DNA from: Octopus vulgaris
Taxonomy: Eukaryota
NCBI GenBank assembly: GCA_951406725.2
Contig: OX597815.1
Coordinates: 70,990,001 to 71,054,000, forward strand
DNA length: 64,000 nt
Direction of reading: 5' to 3'
In this document: positions 41,276 to 54,341 of the stretch, piece after piece
Layout of the letters: each line of letters starts with the position of its first letter
Numbering within the stretch: the first letter of the stretch is position 1
The notes under the pieces: model-generated
Seen by the model: the letters and a program-made list of their open reading frames with translations, nothing else
Databases searched by the model: none
Told to the model about the DNA's origin: nothing
Made by a program: the position numbers and the translations under genes

Positions 41276-42009
41276 CATTGTTGTTGTTGTTGTTGCTGTT
41301 ATTATTAGTATTATATAACGGCTCAATATTTTGTAGATTGAGACAAATTTCTACAGCATTACCTGCTACACTTTCGTGTTGCTGGGGTGTATACAGCATC
41401 GTGTGTTCTTTTATGCTGTTGGCAGTGTGCAAACTCTTCCCGGTACTGTATTGTGTTAGTTTTGTTTTTCTTTTGAGATGTGGTGAAGTCTTTTGCTGTA
41501 TCACTGCTTGTATTGTATGTTGAGTGTGTAATGCTTTAGTGTTCTGGCTTGTTGGTGGAAGTTTATTTCACTGGGTAAATGTTGTATACGATGTGTCTTG
41601 TATTTGTGGGTTGTTTTGTTTAGGTTATATTATTGGATTGATAGTGTCTTGCGCACGATGGGCAAAATGCTTTGCGGCATTTCGTCTGTCCTTACGTTCT
41701 GAGTTCTAATTACGCCGAGGTCGACTTTGACTCTCATCCTTTCGGCAAAAGCAAATATTTCGCAATTTTCTGTAATTATTTAAAGATGGCTGATAAAGAA
41801 GCCATCATAATGTTCGACAAAGAAACGCACTACTCGTCGGAAAAGCTGAGAACGAAGAAAGAAGTGAGAATATGAATATCGAATAGCCTAACACTGAGGT
41901 GAAAAATGTATCGTCTCTAAGCAACGCCAAAACTTTCGGTGTTGACAACGAGAACAACAACAGCAACAGCAGCAGCAGCAATAAGAAGAAGAAGAAGAAG
42001 ATATATAAT

Positions 42010-42660
42010 TTATAATTTGGGTACAAGATATGACACAGCATTGCTAGAAATTACAGTCCAAACTGCTCAAGAACCACAGTAAATCACTCATACACACTGG
42101 TGACTTGGAGGAAACGAGTATATAAAATGCCAACTTACCATAGCGAGTAAAAATCGCAAATGAGTTTGCAGACGTACTCATATCACGTGATTTGTAACCC
42201 TGTGATAAACACTTAGTCCTCCTCAGTGAGTATTACTGCCGAGCGCTAAATATACTCGCGTCACCATGTGTGTATTGACCATATGAATGCAGTGGCAATT
42301 AAAAATGATCGAAGTGAATAAAATTATAAAAATATATAACGATATTATTATTAATAAAAAAATAATAATATAAGTGGCTAGCAAGTATAAAAATAGCCGA
42401 AAATGTAAAATGATTAATTCATAATCAGGGTACAAGACAGTACACAGTATTGCTTGAAATAAGAGTCCAAAACGGCTGGAGAATCAGAGTAAATTTGTGA
42501 TTTTTACTCGCAACGTTAAGTTGGCTTTTTATATAATTTTTCCTCCAATCCACCCGTGGGTATAAGTCATTTACTGTGGTTCTTGTAACCTGATTATAAA
42601 TTAATAATTTTACCTTTTTGGTTATTTTATACTTGCTAGTTACTTATATTATTATATATA
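42010..42660. repeat. Mosaic of direct and inverted repeat pieces, probably Penelope-like pLTR
   Basis: 42068-42162 inverted at 42495-42586; 42365-42436 inverted at 42586-42655; 42015-42085 repeated at 42420-42495. Confidence 0.7.
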
Positions 42661-42783
42661 TATATAGTATTTAATCATATCAAAGGGAAATGGAATTTAA
42701 TTAAAATTAAAAACATTCAACTAAAATTTACATTTCCAGTGGTCTAACGCGTAAAAAAATTTTAGTCAAAAAGACTATATATT

Positions 42784-43270
42784 AGTCATACGATATAGTG
42801 TATATTTAAACACATAGAGAATCCACTTATAAGGATTCTACGCGCTAGAAAGAACAGCTAAGTTCTATAACCACAAAAAAATTCGGGATAAAATTCGACA
42901 GGAATAAATTTGGAAATGAAAAACATTTACCATCTAGTTTCCTGGACTAATTGGTTTCTAATAATCTTTTAGCGAGTCATGGAGAACTCACAAGGCTTGA
43001 TTTTCTTCAGTAAAATCAAACCGTGTGAGGTTTGAATCAAACCTGCTGAAGAAAATCAAACCTTGTGAGTTCTCCATGACTCGCTAAAAGATGATTAGAA
43101 ACCAATTGGTCCAGGAAACTAGACGGTAAATGTTTTTCATTTCCAAATTTATTCCTGTTGAATTTTATCCGAATTTTTTGTGGTTATAGAACTTAGCTGT
43201 TCTTTCTAGCGCGTAGAATTCCTATAAGTGGATTCTCTATGTGTTTAAATATACACTATATCGTATGACT
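42784..43270. mobile_element. 487-bp palindrome: inverted duplication of a hammerhead-bearing Penelope-like terminus
   Basis: Arms 42784-43010 and 43046-43270 are near-identical reverse complements with a 35-bp spacer. Confidence 0.9.
43042..43115 (+). ncRNA. Type I hammerhead ribozyme, intact core
   Basis: CCTG-CTGAAGA-A-AATCA...TGATT-A-GAAA-CCAATTGG-TC-CAGG; helix I CCTG/CAGG, palindromic ACCAATTGGT, GUC site at 43109-43111. Confidence 0.85.
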
Positions 43271-43807
43271 TATACATACATACATACTAGAAGAAATACT
43301 CGGCGTTGCCCGGGTTAAGAAAATAATGAAATTTTAAAATGCCTTTTTGATATCAAACTAACATGAAACATAAGCTACGCAGGTCTCACCTCCTAGTAAC
43401 TGAGATATCAACTTTATGGGTTAATAACCCGGTGTTTCCTAGGCTCTTGAAAATAATGAAATTTAAGTATGCCTTTTAAATCTCTAAGCAAAAGGAAACA
43501 TGGATTATGCTGTTCTGAACAGTTATTAACTGAGGTACCAACTGTATATGTCAATAACATGTTTTGTCCGGTATTCTCACTGTTAAAATTGTTAAAAAAG
43601 CAGGTAGTTCTTTGTCTTTGCAATCACTTTCAATTGTCAGTACTTATTTGAAACACGTTTAGCCTGAAAATACATACATTTGAGAAGAACCGCGCTCCGG
43701 GCGCTCCTCTTCTATTACTGAATACTTTTAATGAAAATTCTATCAGAGTATCAAAAAAATGTATTGAAACAAACCTGGAAATCAGTCAGTGTAATTATCT
43801 AGAGCTT

Positions 43808-44550
43808 CTAAATATACAATGTTTTGAGTGTGTCTTTTAATTGGTGTATAAATGAAAAGATTTTGGGGACTTCCAACTCGCGAACATATAATTGCCCATG
43901 AGAGAAGCAAGGAGAAGCTAGGTAAAGTCTAACAACGTTGAGAAACTGTCCTTGAGATTTGTTTATTGACATAGCAAAAATTAGTTTCACTGGGAACTGG
44001 AACCGTTTAGATTCAAAGGGAAGTTCATGTGGGATTAACAAGATCTGTGGAATGAAGTTCCCAGTCGTAATGTTGCCTCTAGGACATGGGGTCGCATCAC
44101 TTTCACCACCACTCTGGTGCCATTGCACAGACGAGGTGGATCCAGATTCCTGAGCAGCATGCTTGGGACTCTCTTTTTAAGTGTTAAGTGGTGAAGTGGC
44201 ATCCCAGATGGCTAACCTGGAGCTTCAAATTGCCGCTGGAGACGTTGTGGATTGTCTGGATCAAAGTATACTCGCTGGCCATTCTCTAGATGTATAACTA
44301 GATGGATAACAGTTGGATGCTGTTCATGCAGTGGAAAGCTCCAGGTTCAACTACATTGACGGCTTTCTTTGAGCTTTGTTGCACAGATCCATTTGCTTCG
44401 ACTCTTTTGTACCAAGAAGTCCATCAATATTACTCATGGCAACAGAGAACTAAACAATGGAAGAGACTGTTGAAGGGCATCCAAGAATCAAGAGAGTCTC
44501 AGCATTGGGAAGGGTCTGCACTGTGCATCCCAACAACTTTGAGTGTTAGT
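43808..44550 (-). pseudogene. Helitron RepHel (Pif1-family helicase) fragments; 44336-44550 inverted
   Basis: Motifs above; the plus-strand piece reads TTLTAFFELC...LLYQEV..YYSW...LGRVCTVHP. Confidence 0.9.
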
Positions 44551-45164
44551 CACAACTACTATGTAATGTTAGCTATCATCATACAAGTATAATTACTCAC
44601 ATTGGATTTAAAATAGAAATATTTAGTGTTAATAAATCGAGTTGTGCCAAGAATAATCACATCGGATTTAAATATGAAATATCAAGTGTTAATAAGGCGA
44701 CTTGTTCCAAAAATATCCGAAATATGTATTGGAAAATCAATGTTCAATATACAGCATCTCATTTAATTAATTGAGAAAGAGGCGTATATTTCCGTGTGAA
44801 TTTTTTTTCTCATACACACACATTCACATAATTATATATCTTATGTATATGGAACAGATCTGTTGTCAATTGATTAATTAAATGAAAGAAAATGCGTCTA
44901 TTTTCGTATGAAATCTTTTTCTCACACATGCACTCACATAAATATATATCTTATATATATAAAATAGACCTGTTAACAATTGAAATTTTTTTACGGAAAT
45001 GAACCTTTACCTACGGATACTCAAATGGAAAGGTATAGAAGATTATGGCATAGAGTGGTCCAACTGTTTGGCCGTCCATAGAGGACACGCGCACACAAAT
45101 ATATATATATATAAAACAGACCTGTTGACATTTGAAAAAAGGCCTCTATCTCCTTGTGGAATCT

Positions 45165-45203
<39 letters not shown>

Positions 45204-45387
45204 CACACACACGCACATACACACACGCACACAATATAATATATATCATATATATAAAACAGACCTGTTGAGGTTTGGAAAAAAGGCGTCTATTGAATGT
45301 ATTTTCTCATACACACTCACATTAATGCATATCTTAACAGACCTGTTGACATATGAAAAAGAGGCGTGTATCTCCGTGTAGAATTTT

Positions 45388-45648
45388 TTCAAGCCTAGCC
45401 AGGTTTATGGGCCCAGTTTCTCGGTTTCTGTGGCGTATGTGCCCCCCCACCAAGAAACAGGAAGAGAGAGTGAGAGAAAGTTGTGGCGAAAGAGTACAAC
45501 AGGGGTCGCCACCAGCCCCTGCCGGAGCCTTGTGGAGATTTTAGGTGTTTTCGCTCAATAAACACACACTACGCCCGGTCTGGGAATTAAAACCGCGATC
45601 CTCCGACCACGAGTCCGCTGCCCTAACCACTGGGCCATTGCGCCTCCA
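45388..45648 (-). mobile_element. SINE family C nested in Helitron
   Basis: Reverse complement of 46394-46690; GTAGAAT on both flanks (possible TSD). Confidence 0.9.
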
Positions 45649-46152
45649 CGTAGAATACATTTACTCACACATAAATATATACTGTATATATGAAGAAGAT
45701 CTGTTGACATTGGAAAATCTTTTACAGAAATGAACCTATACATACAGATACACAAATAGAAAGCTGGAGAAGAATATAAAAAAATGAAAGTACCTTTAGA
45801 AATTCTTTTTTTTTATTAGAAATCGTCACAACTGTAATGATGTACATATACGTGTGTGTAAATAGCTGGTTACTTAGTTACTACGTCAGAACATCAGCCA
45901 CAGGAAGTTGACATTCACAAAACGATTTGAAGATGTGAAACTTTATGATATATATATAAAGCAATATTATATATTTTTAATAAAAAAAAAAATCAAGACC
46001 GTATTATTATTTCCCAGGTCAAATTATTCATGTACCCCAAGTACAGTACAGACTGATCCAGAAGTCTGGTCGTACATAAAGGACACACATACAGACAACA
46101 TATTTTATACAGTAAGATACATACATACATACATACATACATACATTCATAT

Positions 46153-46198
<46 letters not shown>

Positions 46199-46199
<1 letters not shown>

Positions 46200-46372
46200 G
46201 AGGTGCGTGGCTTAGTGGTTAGGGTGTTGAACTCATGATCGTAAGTTTTTGGTTTCGATTCCTGGACCGGACGAAGCGTTGTGTTCTTGAGCAAAACACT
46301 TCATTTCACGTTGCTCCAGTCCACTCAGCTGGCAAAAATGAAAATTACCTGCCCTTATGAGCCTGGCATAGC
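46199..46372 (+). mobile_element. SINE family D
   Basis: A box TGGCTTAGTGG, B box GGTTTCGATTCC. Confidence 0.8.
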
Positions 46373-46393
46373 ACGAGAATGAATATTTTTTGT

Positions 46394-46695
46394 GGAGGCG
46401 CAATGGCCCAGTGGTTAGGGCAGCGAACTCGTGGTCGGAGGATCGCGGTTTCGATTCCCAGACCGGGCGTTGTGTGTGTTTATTGAGCGAAAACACCTAA
46501 AGCTCCACGAGGCTCCGGCAAGGGGTGGTGGCGACCCCTGTTGTACTCTTTCGCCCCAACTTTCTCTCTTTCTTCCTGTTTCTTGAGTAACGCTGCGATG
46601 GACTAGCGTCCCGTTCAGCTGGGGGAGAACATATACGCCATAGAAACCGGGAAACCGGGCTTATGAGCCTGGCTAGGCTTGAAAAGGGCGCATAA
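46394..46695 (+). mobile_element. SINE family C, full length, intact Pol III boxes
   Basis: A box TGGCCCAGTGG, B box GGTTTCGATTCC, tail GAAAAGGGCGCATAA. Confidence 0.9.
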
Positions 46696-46699
46696 TACA

Positions 46700-46756
<57 letters not shown>

Positions 46757-46835
46757 TTCTCATTTCATTAAATGTAAACCCCCGTACTGTCTATCTGCCT
46801 TTGTATTGTCCCTCATCCTGGCAAATAAAAGAAAT

Positions 46836-46868
<33 letters not shown>

Positions 46869-46876
46869 TATTATAA

Positions 46877-46956
<80 letters not shown>

Positions 46957-47404
46957 CCGTAGTGTAGCTTCATTATACTCTCATTTCAACAATGAAAATA
47001 ACTGCAGTACAAATTGTATATAGAATTAATACCAATCAAACCTTCAATTATTCTGTTCTTCTGCCTAATTTTCTTATTTGTTTCTTTCATTTGTATTATT
47101 GTATTGCATTGTGATTATTTATTTTCTGTGGTTATTTTACTAATTTCATTCATTTCGTTAAGAAAGTTGTAAAATTAAATTGTTTAATCACTATTATATG
47201 CATTAATAATGATGTTTCGCTGATCAATAATATGTTTATTTAAAAGTTTTCAATGATGTCTGTTTTAATATTACTAATGTGTATTGGTGGAAACACAAGA
47301 CCTGTCTTGTGCAGTAAAAGAACAGCTCCAGGCTCACGGTAAATGGCTATAAATATGTTTAACTATTTTATGTGTGATGTAATATTAGTGTGTTTGTGTA
47401 TAAT

Positions 47405-47441
47405 TAGATAGATTACATAGACAGAAGGACAGACAGACAGG

Positions 47442-47508
<67 letters not shown>

Positions 47509-47651
47509 GTAGATAGATAAGTAGATTGATTGATAGACTGATAGAAAGATAGATAAATTGATAAGTAGATAGCTACATTGATAGAAAGATAGACGGATAG
47601 ATAGATAGATAGATGATAGATAAATACAGACAGACAGATAGACTGACAGAC

Positions 47652-47700
<49 letters not shown>

Positions 47701-47733
47701 CAGACAGACAGACAGACAGGCAGATAAATAGAC

Positions 47734-47808
<75 letters not shown>

Positions 47809-48292
47809 AAAGGAGATTGATTGATAGCCTGATAGAGAGATAGATAAACTGATAGGTAGATAGTTACAGTGATAGAAAGATAGACGGGTAGACAGATAGA
47901 TGATAGATAGATTGATTAATTGATTGTTTGGTTGATAGACAGACAGACGGATAGATAAATAAATAGATGGATAGACAGAGAGGTGGATAGATAGATAGAT
48001 AAATAGATTGATCGATAGACTGATATAGAGATAGATAAATTGTTAGGTAGATAGTTACAGTGATATATATATATATATAGACAGACAGACATATAGATAG
48101 ATAAATAGGTAGAGTGATTGATTGATTATTTGATTGATTGATTGATTGGTTGATAGACAGACAGACGGATAGATAAATAAATCGATAGATAAATAGATAG
48201 ATAGACAGGTGAATAAATAGATAAATACATAGACAGGCAGGTGGATAGACAGATTGATAGACAGATTGATAGACAGATTGATAGATTGATGA

Positions 48293-48386
<94 letters not shown>

Positions 48387-48390
48387 GGAC
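47405..48390. repeat. Compound (GATA)n/(GACA)n satellite with higher-order repeats
   Basis: About 1 kb; a GATAGATAAAYTG...GATAG.TACA.TGAT block recurs near 47545, 47835 and 48025. Confidence 0.95.
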
Positions 48391-50048
48391 ATACACGTAA
48401 ATAGATATTTCATTTAATTGTGAAAACTATTACATGTACAACATTACATAGCAATGAAATCTCAATCCAAAGCAGCAGCATATAATTTAATAACAGCGCG
48501 TACAATTGTTTAAGTAAAAATACAAACGCTTGATTTGTTACATAGACAGAAGATTTGATATTTGAGGTTAGGATACAATAGATTACACCAGTGTATCACT
48601 GGTATTCATTTTATCGATCCTAGTAAGAATGAAAAGCGAAGTCAATCTCGCCGACATTTTTATCCTTCTGTTTAAAACTCAGAACGCAATTAACATTGTA
48701 ATTAATGCTATAATTAATAGTGTAATCAACATACAAATATAGTAATATGAATGAGTATGACAGAATAAAATATGGACATGTAGGCGCAAGGCATCATGGC
48801 ATTTACAAAATTTATACAGAAAGGAGAAAGAAAGTATATAAATTTAGCAGAAATCAACAGAATCTCGAGGTTGAAAGTTCATAGCAAATCGGCACAGACG
48901 GATACAAATCCGGGAAATTCATATAGTAATGTCGACGATGAGATAGAGAAGAATTTGAAAGGTGCTTCGTATTGGTTCCGTCTGGGTAGGTAAGTATAAT
49001 TCATGAAATCATTAGAGATAACTTTGCAAGTAAGAGGTAGGAAAGTACAGGTACTGCATTACAGCTATTTCTGTGTAAATTTTCATTAGAAGTAGTTATG
49101 TGTATTGTGTCTACATATACATAAGGTAGATTGTTGTGAGTGTCTGAATATGAAGCAGCGCAGGTATAAGTAGTGCGGTCAGCCTCGCTCATCATCAGAA
49201 GAAAAGCAATATACAGAAATGTAAATAGGTAGACGTATATAGAGGAAGATATATAAATAAAATTAGCACTATCATCTTGGCAAGGAATAAAAGATGAAGA
49301 TATAGTGCTGGGAATAAAGGTTGGAGATAGCAGAAATATATAGAAAAGAAAGAAAAGGAGAAATACATGAATTAGGAGGTAGGGGCGGAAAGGAAGATGA
49401 ATTGGTAAGGCGTATGTGTAGCGTGGCTATAATAGCAGTATAATGGACAGTAATACGAATAATGGATTTTCTTATCGTAAGCTGTCTTCAAAGATGTTAC
49501 CTGATTAAAAGAAACGGTCAGAAAATTAACAAACAATCGGATAAGAGCAAGCATCAATTAAAATATAATCGTATACAACCATATTTAATACGCTCGTGTT
49601 CACTCGAACGAGGAAATACTTTTCGCTGCTGAAATAGTCCTCAGAGAAATTCTTCGTTTTGACAAAATGCGTAACAATGTATTAGGCTATGAATGACATC
49701 ATCAGATCGTAGGACGCATGCGTTTCTGCGTCATTGTGCTTTGCCAACTATGAATACTGAATTCGGCTTTCACAGTCATTCCAGACCAAATCAATAAGAA
49801 AAAAAAATGTTATTTGAAAACGTGATACTTATACCCGGTAGCAAGTAAAATTAATTGTATTTCCTAAATACACAATGAATGCAAAAACTGGAATCTCAAG
49901 TGAAAATCTATGAGTTCGTGGTCCATCCAATAATAAACTCCGAACGACCATTTCGCTTTATCAAATATTTATTTGCGTATAGTTTAATTGAACAAACAAT
50001 ACCGATCTGCTATCCATATTACAGTTTGTGCTTAAACCGTTTTACATT

Positions 50049-50245
50049 TTAAGAGTAATATATTAACGAAGGTATCTTTGTGAAGCATTCAATGAGGATC
50101 TCCTCATCTTTATATATATTTCTATTTCGTCTAGTGGCTGGACAATCTACAATGGAGTTGGCTATATTAAATATTCCATCGAAACGGTTTGGTAATTTTA
50201 CAATCTCCGAAGTCATAAATAAATCAGCTATTGAGTACATCCATC
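50049..50245 (-). CDS. Candidate terminal exon of an unknown protein
   Basis: Acceptor TATTCTATTCAG, open frame (G)WMYSIADLF...KIPSLIYYS*, AATAAA at 49968-49973. Confidence 0.45.
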
Positions 50246-50739
50246 CTGAATAGAATACATGACTTCTTCATTAGTGATTCAATCTGAATAGTAGATGTAC
50301 TTACACATCTACTGTGTGAATATAAATGTACTTACATCGCCTTCAGCTAAACTTCTATAATTAGATGTGTTTTCTGTCTCTTATGTTTATGGATGGAGTG
50401 TGTGTTTGCCAGTGAGCTTGTGTGTATAGAAATAAATATTGATAGAGTGACAGACAAAAAAAAAGAAAAAGTAAACAAATAAACAGATAAATTGGATAGA
50501 TAGACGGTTAGTTAGTTAACTACTTAATTAGGCAGGCAGATAGATTGATAGCTAGTTTGATAGTTAGACAAAAATATATAAATCAGACACAGGAATAGAC
50601 AAATTAAATAGAAAAATAAATAGGTACTTTGACAGACGGACAGAAAAAATACATGGCTTAGGTAGAGACAGACAGACAGACAGCCAGACAGACAGCCAGA
50701 CAGACATACATACAGACAGACAGACAGACAGACAGACAT

Positions 50740-50817
<78 letters not shown>

Positions 50818-50878
50818 TGATAGATAGATAGAAAAATCTTAGACAATATATATATATATATGATAGATAGGCAAATAG

Positions 50879-50937
<59 letters not shown>

Positions 50938-51094
50938 AAGAAAGAGAGAGAGAGAGATGAGGTAGGTAATGAGACAGATGAGGTAGAAAGAAATATATAC
51001 ATTTAGATAGATAAACAAAAAGATATACATTATACGGACAAAATATATATATATAGATTGCTTAATAGATATGAAGTTAAATAGAAAGGTAGAC

Positions 51095-51176
<82 letters not shown>

Positions 51177-51223
51177 GCGGATAAATAGATATATATAGGT
51201 AGATAGCTAGACAATTCCTTTCC

Positions 51224-51297
51224 CTGTAGACAAATAGAATAGGTTATATGGAGAATGTGAAACTGATGTGTTTTGAAGACGCTTCTGGCAGTAGAAG
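51224..51297 (-). CDS. Candidate internal exon FYCQKRLQNTSVSHSPYNLFYLST
   Basis: Strong acceptor TTTATTCTCCTCTTCACAG; phases 2 and 1 fit its neighbours; donor reads CAG|GGAAAG (non-canonical). Confidence 0.4.
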
Positions 51298-51859
51298 CTG
51301 TGAAGAGGAGAATAAATATAATTAATATATTGTTGCTTCTGTGATTGTAGTAATTTTGATGGAGCAGTAGTAAGGAAGGCGTTATCAATGACGATGATGT
51401 TGCTGTTGCTGGTGGTGTTGTTTATTTAGTCCAGCTTCAGCCCCTGTCTAGTATAACTTAGCTCAAAAGTGTTCTAGACACGACAATCTTGATTATCTTT
51501 CCAGATATAGTATATCCTGATGAAGATGATGATGATGATGATGAAGGCGGTGGTGGTAGTGGTGGGTGTCGTGATGTCGATGTTGATAGAGATTTTATGA
51601 TGCTAATGATGACAACCATGGAAATGATGATGAGGACAACGGCGACGACGTAGACGACGACGAAGACGACGACGATGACGATGACGATGTCAATGACGAT
51701 GATGGCGGTGGTGGTGATGAAATTTCTTATATCCAATTTTAATTTTCTAATTTTAGTTATTTTAAAATACTCTCTGCTGTTGTTCCTCTATTCCTCTCAC
51801 AACTGTCTGCTACGCTAGCTCTCTGAATTGTCAAACACAAACACAGTGTCATGCACACA

Positions 51860-52220
51860 CACACGTCTGCATATGACTGGCTTCCATACAGTTTTTACCT
51901 TCCAAATTCACTCACAAAGCGAAGCTATAGTAGAAGACATTTGCGCAAAGTGCCGCTTGGTGAGATTAAACCTGAAACCACGGAGTTGCAAACCGAGCTC
52001 CTTAACCACATAGCCGTGCCTGCGTCTATAAAGCCCCCCGCCCCGATACATATATACGACGAGCTTTCACACAGCTTCTGTCTTTGAAATTCTCCCACAA
52101 TACACCAGTCAGCCTAGAGCTATGGTAGAAGATAGTTGCCCAAAGTGCCGCACCGTGGGGCTGAACCTGGAACCACGTAGCTGCAAACCACGCTTCTTAA
52201 TCGCACAGCCATGACAGCCT
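51860..52220 (-). mobile_element. Two tandem family B SINE heads
   Basis: 51860-52023 and 52055-52220 are each homologous to 7230-7395. Confidence 0.75.
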
Positions 52221-52680
52221 ATAGTTTTGAGAAGTACTTTCTTTGCTTCTCAACATATATTATTTCGTTTATCTTCGTGCATTCTATGTCACCAAACGTC
52301 AATTTTTCTAATTTCTCGTTGAGTGTACATGCATATTTACATATATTTGCATATACACATATTTAAATGGACATACACACTCGCGTATGCATCTACTTAC
52401 ATATATCTCGCACAATGTATATCGTTGCTTCTTGCTAGTTAACGGTGAATATACGTTAGGTATGTTTCTTTCATTTGCATACATAGTTTTTTATTCAAGC
52501 ATGGTAACTTTCCACATTATCAGTGCATTAATTATTCACTGTTTTCTATATATTGGAGACGACAGAATCCGTCCAGGTATGTAACTATCGACAGTACACG
52601 CCAATAACAAGTTACAATGAGGAAGAAATGCGTCTGAGATTCTCGTGGATCACTGTTGCAACGATGTTCGTCGCGTCCCG

Positions 52681-52724
<44 letters not shown>

Positions 52725-52737
52725 TGTAAATGATAAT

Positions 52738-52854
52738 AATATTTTATAAGCTTAAAGCTTATAAGCGATCACCAGGCATTGGTTAAAGGAAATAGTCTAA
52801 TTTCTTTAGTCAATACATGGCGATCGCTTATGAACTTTAAGCTTATAAAGTATT
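52738..52854. repeat. 117-bp imperfect palindrome
   Basis: AATATTTTATAAGCTTAAAG...CTTTAAGCTTATAAAGTATT pairs almost to the centre. Confidence 0.85.
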
Positions 52855-53169
52855 TATAGAATCGTCACTCGTCACCGCTTCTCAATTCCTCGCAAAACAC
52901 CCACACATATGCAGACGACAGTTGAAGGTTCTGAAACCACTTGCAGAATAACCTTCAAAGATGATTTGCTTATAATGATCAAATGTTTGTCCGGTATATT
53001 AACCCACTCTTTTCTTCAAATTGATATTGCCTGTATAGGTGTACAGTGTGTCACACGTCCGTGAAATGAAGTGTTTTGATCAAGAAAACAATTCTGGGGA
53101 TCGAAACAAGGATTTTGAGCGTAACTAACCACGAGGCTACGAGTCGTTTCAGAAATATTGGCTTCAGTT

Positions 53170-53372
53170 TTTGGTACAAGACCAGGAATTTTGAGGAAGG
53201 GTGCAAGTCAATTACATCGACCCCTGTGTTCAACTGGTACTTATTTTATCGACTCCTAAAAGATGAAAGGCAAAGTCAACCACTGCGAAATTTGAACTCA
53301 GAACGTGAAGACGGGACGAACTGCTGCTAAGCATTTTGCCCGGCGTGCTAACGATTCCACCAGCTCGTCGTC
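53170..53372 (-). mobile_element. SINE family A
   Basis: Reverse-complement homology to 23913. Confidence 0.85.
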
Positions 53373-53388
53373 TTAGTCTTCTCATAAA

Positions 53389-54271
53389 TCTATTACATAA
53401 AAGGCAATTTATGTCTATCTGTCTGTTATCATTTTGCCGCCTACACCAGTGAACCAACATTGACAAAATTTTGCAAACATGTTAAACTAACATTCAGTGG
53501 AATTATAGGCTAATTGGATTTCAATAAAAATCTATAATGGACCCCCTAGGGTGGGGTGGCTGTAGCACATGTCTACAAATCGGCTACGATAAGCTACGAC
53601 ACGTCACAACACCAGCTACAATACGCGGACTATTTGTTAATGTATTTGTAAATTAGTCTATTTATCTAGTTTATTTTACTCAGATGCACATTCGTTTGTT
53701 AAAATAATATAGGGACATTCCTTATTCACCCACCAATCGAATTTATAGCAATAAACTATTACCATAAACGACGGGTTGGGCATAAAGACGGGAACTGAAC
53801 AGGAAACGGGATAGGACATGGAACAGTGTAATGGTAAACGGAAACTGGGAATAACCCCCGCTTTCTCGGCGTTACCGGTCAACTCATTTATTTTACTCGG
53901 TTGGGCAATTATTTGATCAAATGAGAAGGGTGCAAGAGTGTTAGTGTGAGGGAAATATAGTGACATAGTAAGTGCGGCTGATATCAAGGAAGGGGAAGCC
54001 AAAGTCATGTAAACGACAAATATGGAGTAGCAGTGGGATGAAAATGTTAATAGAGCTTTTAAAGCGATGAAGAAGCGAAAGAAAGGTGGGTGTGAGGAAT
54101 ATGTAGCTTTAAGGAGAGAGGGGGTAAGTTGACAACAATTGTTCATTGGTGACTTTTCTGCTGTTCATCGCAAAGAAACACTCACACACAGACGCGCACA
54201 CACACATACATATATACAAATGTCTACTATAAACCATTTTAAACCCGTGATTACGTTTGTAAATCTGTGTT

Positions 54272-54341
<70 letters not shown>

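Larger units (their letters stand above)
43287..46117 (-). mobile_element. Helitron with RepHel relics, internal tandem repeats and a nested SINE
   Basis: 3' CCCGGGCAACGCCGAG hairpin plus CTAG at 43287; Pif1 motifs MLLRNLDPPRLCNGTR and QFPVKLIFAMSINKSQGQ...CFSHGQLYV; HLENGQRVYF; candidate 5' A|TC head at 46117. Confidence 0.85.

Noticed and set aside
40705-41523. 272-aa plus-strand ORF
   Set aside because: Antisense shadow of the REL LINE fragment plus microsatellite.
44590-45760. Repeat-spacer-like array
   Set aside because: Eukaryotic context, degenerate repeats, microsatellite spacers and no cas genes; not CRISPR.
46836-46953. (AAT)n directly followed by (TTA)n, forming a hairpin
   Set aside because: Explained by a simple microsatellite inversion.
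48700-49560. Purine-rich region, possibly a LINE 3' end
   Set aside because: No convincing motif.
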